Below, piece after piece: positions 20,085-21,478 of a stretch of 21,478 bases of DNA (position 1 is its first letter; each line of letters begins with the position of its first letter). The stretch is taken from the NCBI RefSeq assembly GCF_006345805.1, contig NW_021824255.1, positions 1-21,478 on the forward strand, read 5' to 3'. The position numbers and the translations under genes were made by a program. The notes below the pieces were generated by a model. That model saw only the letters and a list, made by a program, of their open reading frames with translations. It was not told where the DNA came from and did not search any database. Source of the stretch: Octopus sinensis (lineage: Eukaryota).

Positions 20085-20250
20085 TCAGTGATGCGTATTC
20101 AGCTGTTCAGTTAACCAAATTATCTATTCATTGAATTAACATAAAAGTGGCTGAGTATTCCTCAGATGCATATACCTTGAGTGTAATCTTCAAACAGAAC
20201 TATCACAATAGAATATGAAACAAGGCAGGACCTTTGGATTACAGGCACAC
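20085..20250 (-). mobile_element. Diverged SINE family F fragment
   Basis: aattaac..aagtggctgagta.tcc...tacc.t.a.tgta aligns with about 260-425. Confidence 0.6.
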
Positions 20251-20405
20251 TCCATCTAACAGGCTTCTGCGCACTCTCTGTCTATCGAATTTTACTCTCA
20301 AGGACCATAAAAGATCCCTGCCCCAAATTAAAAAAGGATAAAGATCTTTTCTGAGTCATATGGACTCATTAAACCAGTATCCCCATATTCTGTGGTGTAT
20401 ATATT

Positions 20406-20825
20406 TATTTCTTTATTGCCCACAGGGGGCTAAACATAGAGGGGACAAACAAGGACAGACAAAGGGATTAAGTCGATTACATCAACCCCAGTACATAACT
20501 GGTACTTATTAAATCAATCTTGAAAGAATGTAAGGCTAAGTTGACCTCGGTGGAATTTGAATTCAGAATGTAACAGCAGATGAAATACCTATTTCTTTAC
20601 TACTCACAAGGGGCTAAACGCAGAGGGAACAAACAAGGACAGACAAAGGGATTAAGTCGATTACATCAACCCCAGTGCGTAACTGGTACTTATTAAATCG
20701 ACCCTGAACGGATGAAAGGCAAAGTCGACCTCGGCGGAATTTGAACTCAGAATGTAACAGCAGACGAAATACTGCTACGCATTTCACCTGGCGTGCTAAC
20801 GTTTCTGCCAGCTCGCCGCCCTATA
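20406..20825 (-). mobile_element. SINE family B, dimer
   Basis: Junction at 20589/20590. Exact 17-bp TSD tctgtggtgtatatatt at 20389-20405 and 20826-20842. Confidence 0.92.
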
Positions 20826-20896
20826 TCTGTGGTGTATATATTCCTTGAGGATGCCAGTCCATTGCAGAAATACTCATTTTCACCTGCTGAATTCAC

Positions 20897-21062
20897 ACAG
20901 TGGGATGGTTGGTGTTAGGAAGGGCATCTAGCCATAAAAACCATACCAAAACAGACACTGAAGCCTGGTGCAGTCTTCTGCAAAGCCAGCTCCTGTCAAA
21001 CTGCACAACCTATGCCAACATGGAAAGTGGACATTAAATAATGATGATGGTGATGGTGATGA
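20897..21062 (+). mobile_element. Family E 3' fragment
   Basis: tggttggtgttaggaagggcatc...catggaaagtggacattaaa..gatgatggtgat. Confidence 0.8.
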
Positions 21063-21217
21063 GTTGACTGGACCAATGTGAAATTGAACCTGGAATTTCA
21101 TGATAACAAAGCAGACTTCTTAATCATTCCACCATGCTGTGTCCACTTTTACAGTTATCACCACACTTGCCAAAGATCAGAGTCACTCGCTCCCTGCTGT
21201 ATAGAATCTCATTTAAT

Positions 21218-21297
21218 TCTTGTTGTTGCTGCTGCTGCTGCTACTGCTACTGCTACAGCTGCTGGTGCTGTTGTTGTTGTTGTTGTTGTTGTTGTTT
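21218..21297. repeat. (TTG)n/(CTG)n/(CTA)n microsatellite
   Basis: Direct reading. Confidence 0.9.
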
Positions 21298-21478
21298 GCT
21301 GCAACTGTATTGTTGTTGATGTTATCCTTTGTTTGATTTTTACTTTGGTCAACCAAGCAGACTTGTGTCTTTCGGGCAAACCACCAATCAAATGCAGACC
21401 TGTATCATTTTGTGCAGCCAATCAAATGCTTTGAATTGACCTAAAAATTTCAACCTGCCACCTACAGTCTAGATGTTT

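Overview
AT-rich, repeat-saturated eukaryotic non-coding DNA (intron or intergenic). The repeat families and the very heavy (TA)n/(CA)n/(CAT)n load look like an Octopus (coleoid cephalopod) genome; this is recognition from memory, not a search. No host gene is supported, and almost all ORF-track entries are microsatellite or repeat read-through. The only real protein remnants are RTE-clade LINE fragments (5492-6030, 15791-15904) and a decayed mariner transposase (16462-16889). The rest is at least four tRNA-type SINE families, an RTE 3'-UTR family, hAT/piggyBac/foldback MITEs and microsatellites, many with readable target-site duplications (TSDs). Best leads: (1) a TSD-bounded, 5'-inverted RTE insertion with twin-priming geometry; (2) SINE multimers that restart at one fixed palindromic junction at three independent loci; (3) six RGGTCA half-sites in exact DR4 phase; (4) a local rearrangement (30-bp array, direct duplication, inverted duplication) with snap-back hairpins at its junctions; (5) a mariner made of two left ends. 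Family letters B-G are my own labels.
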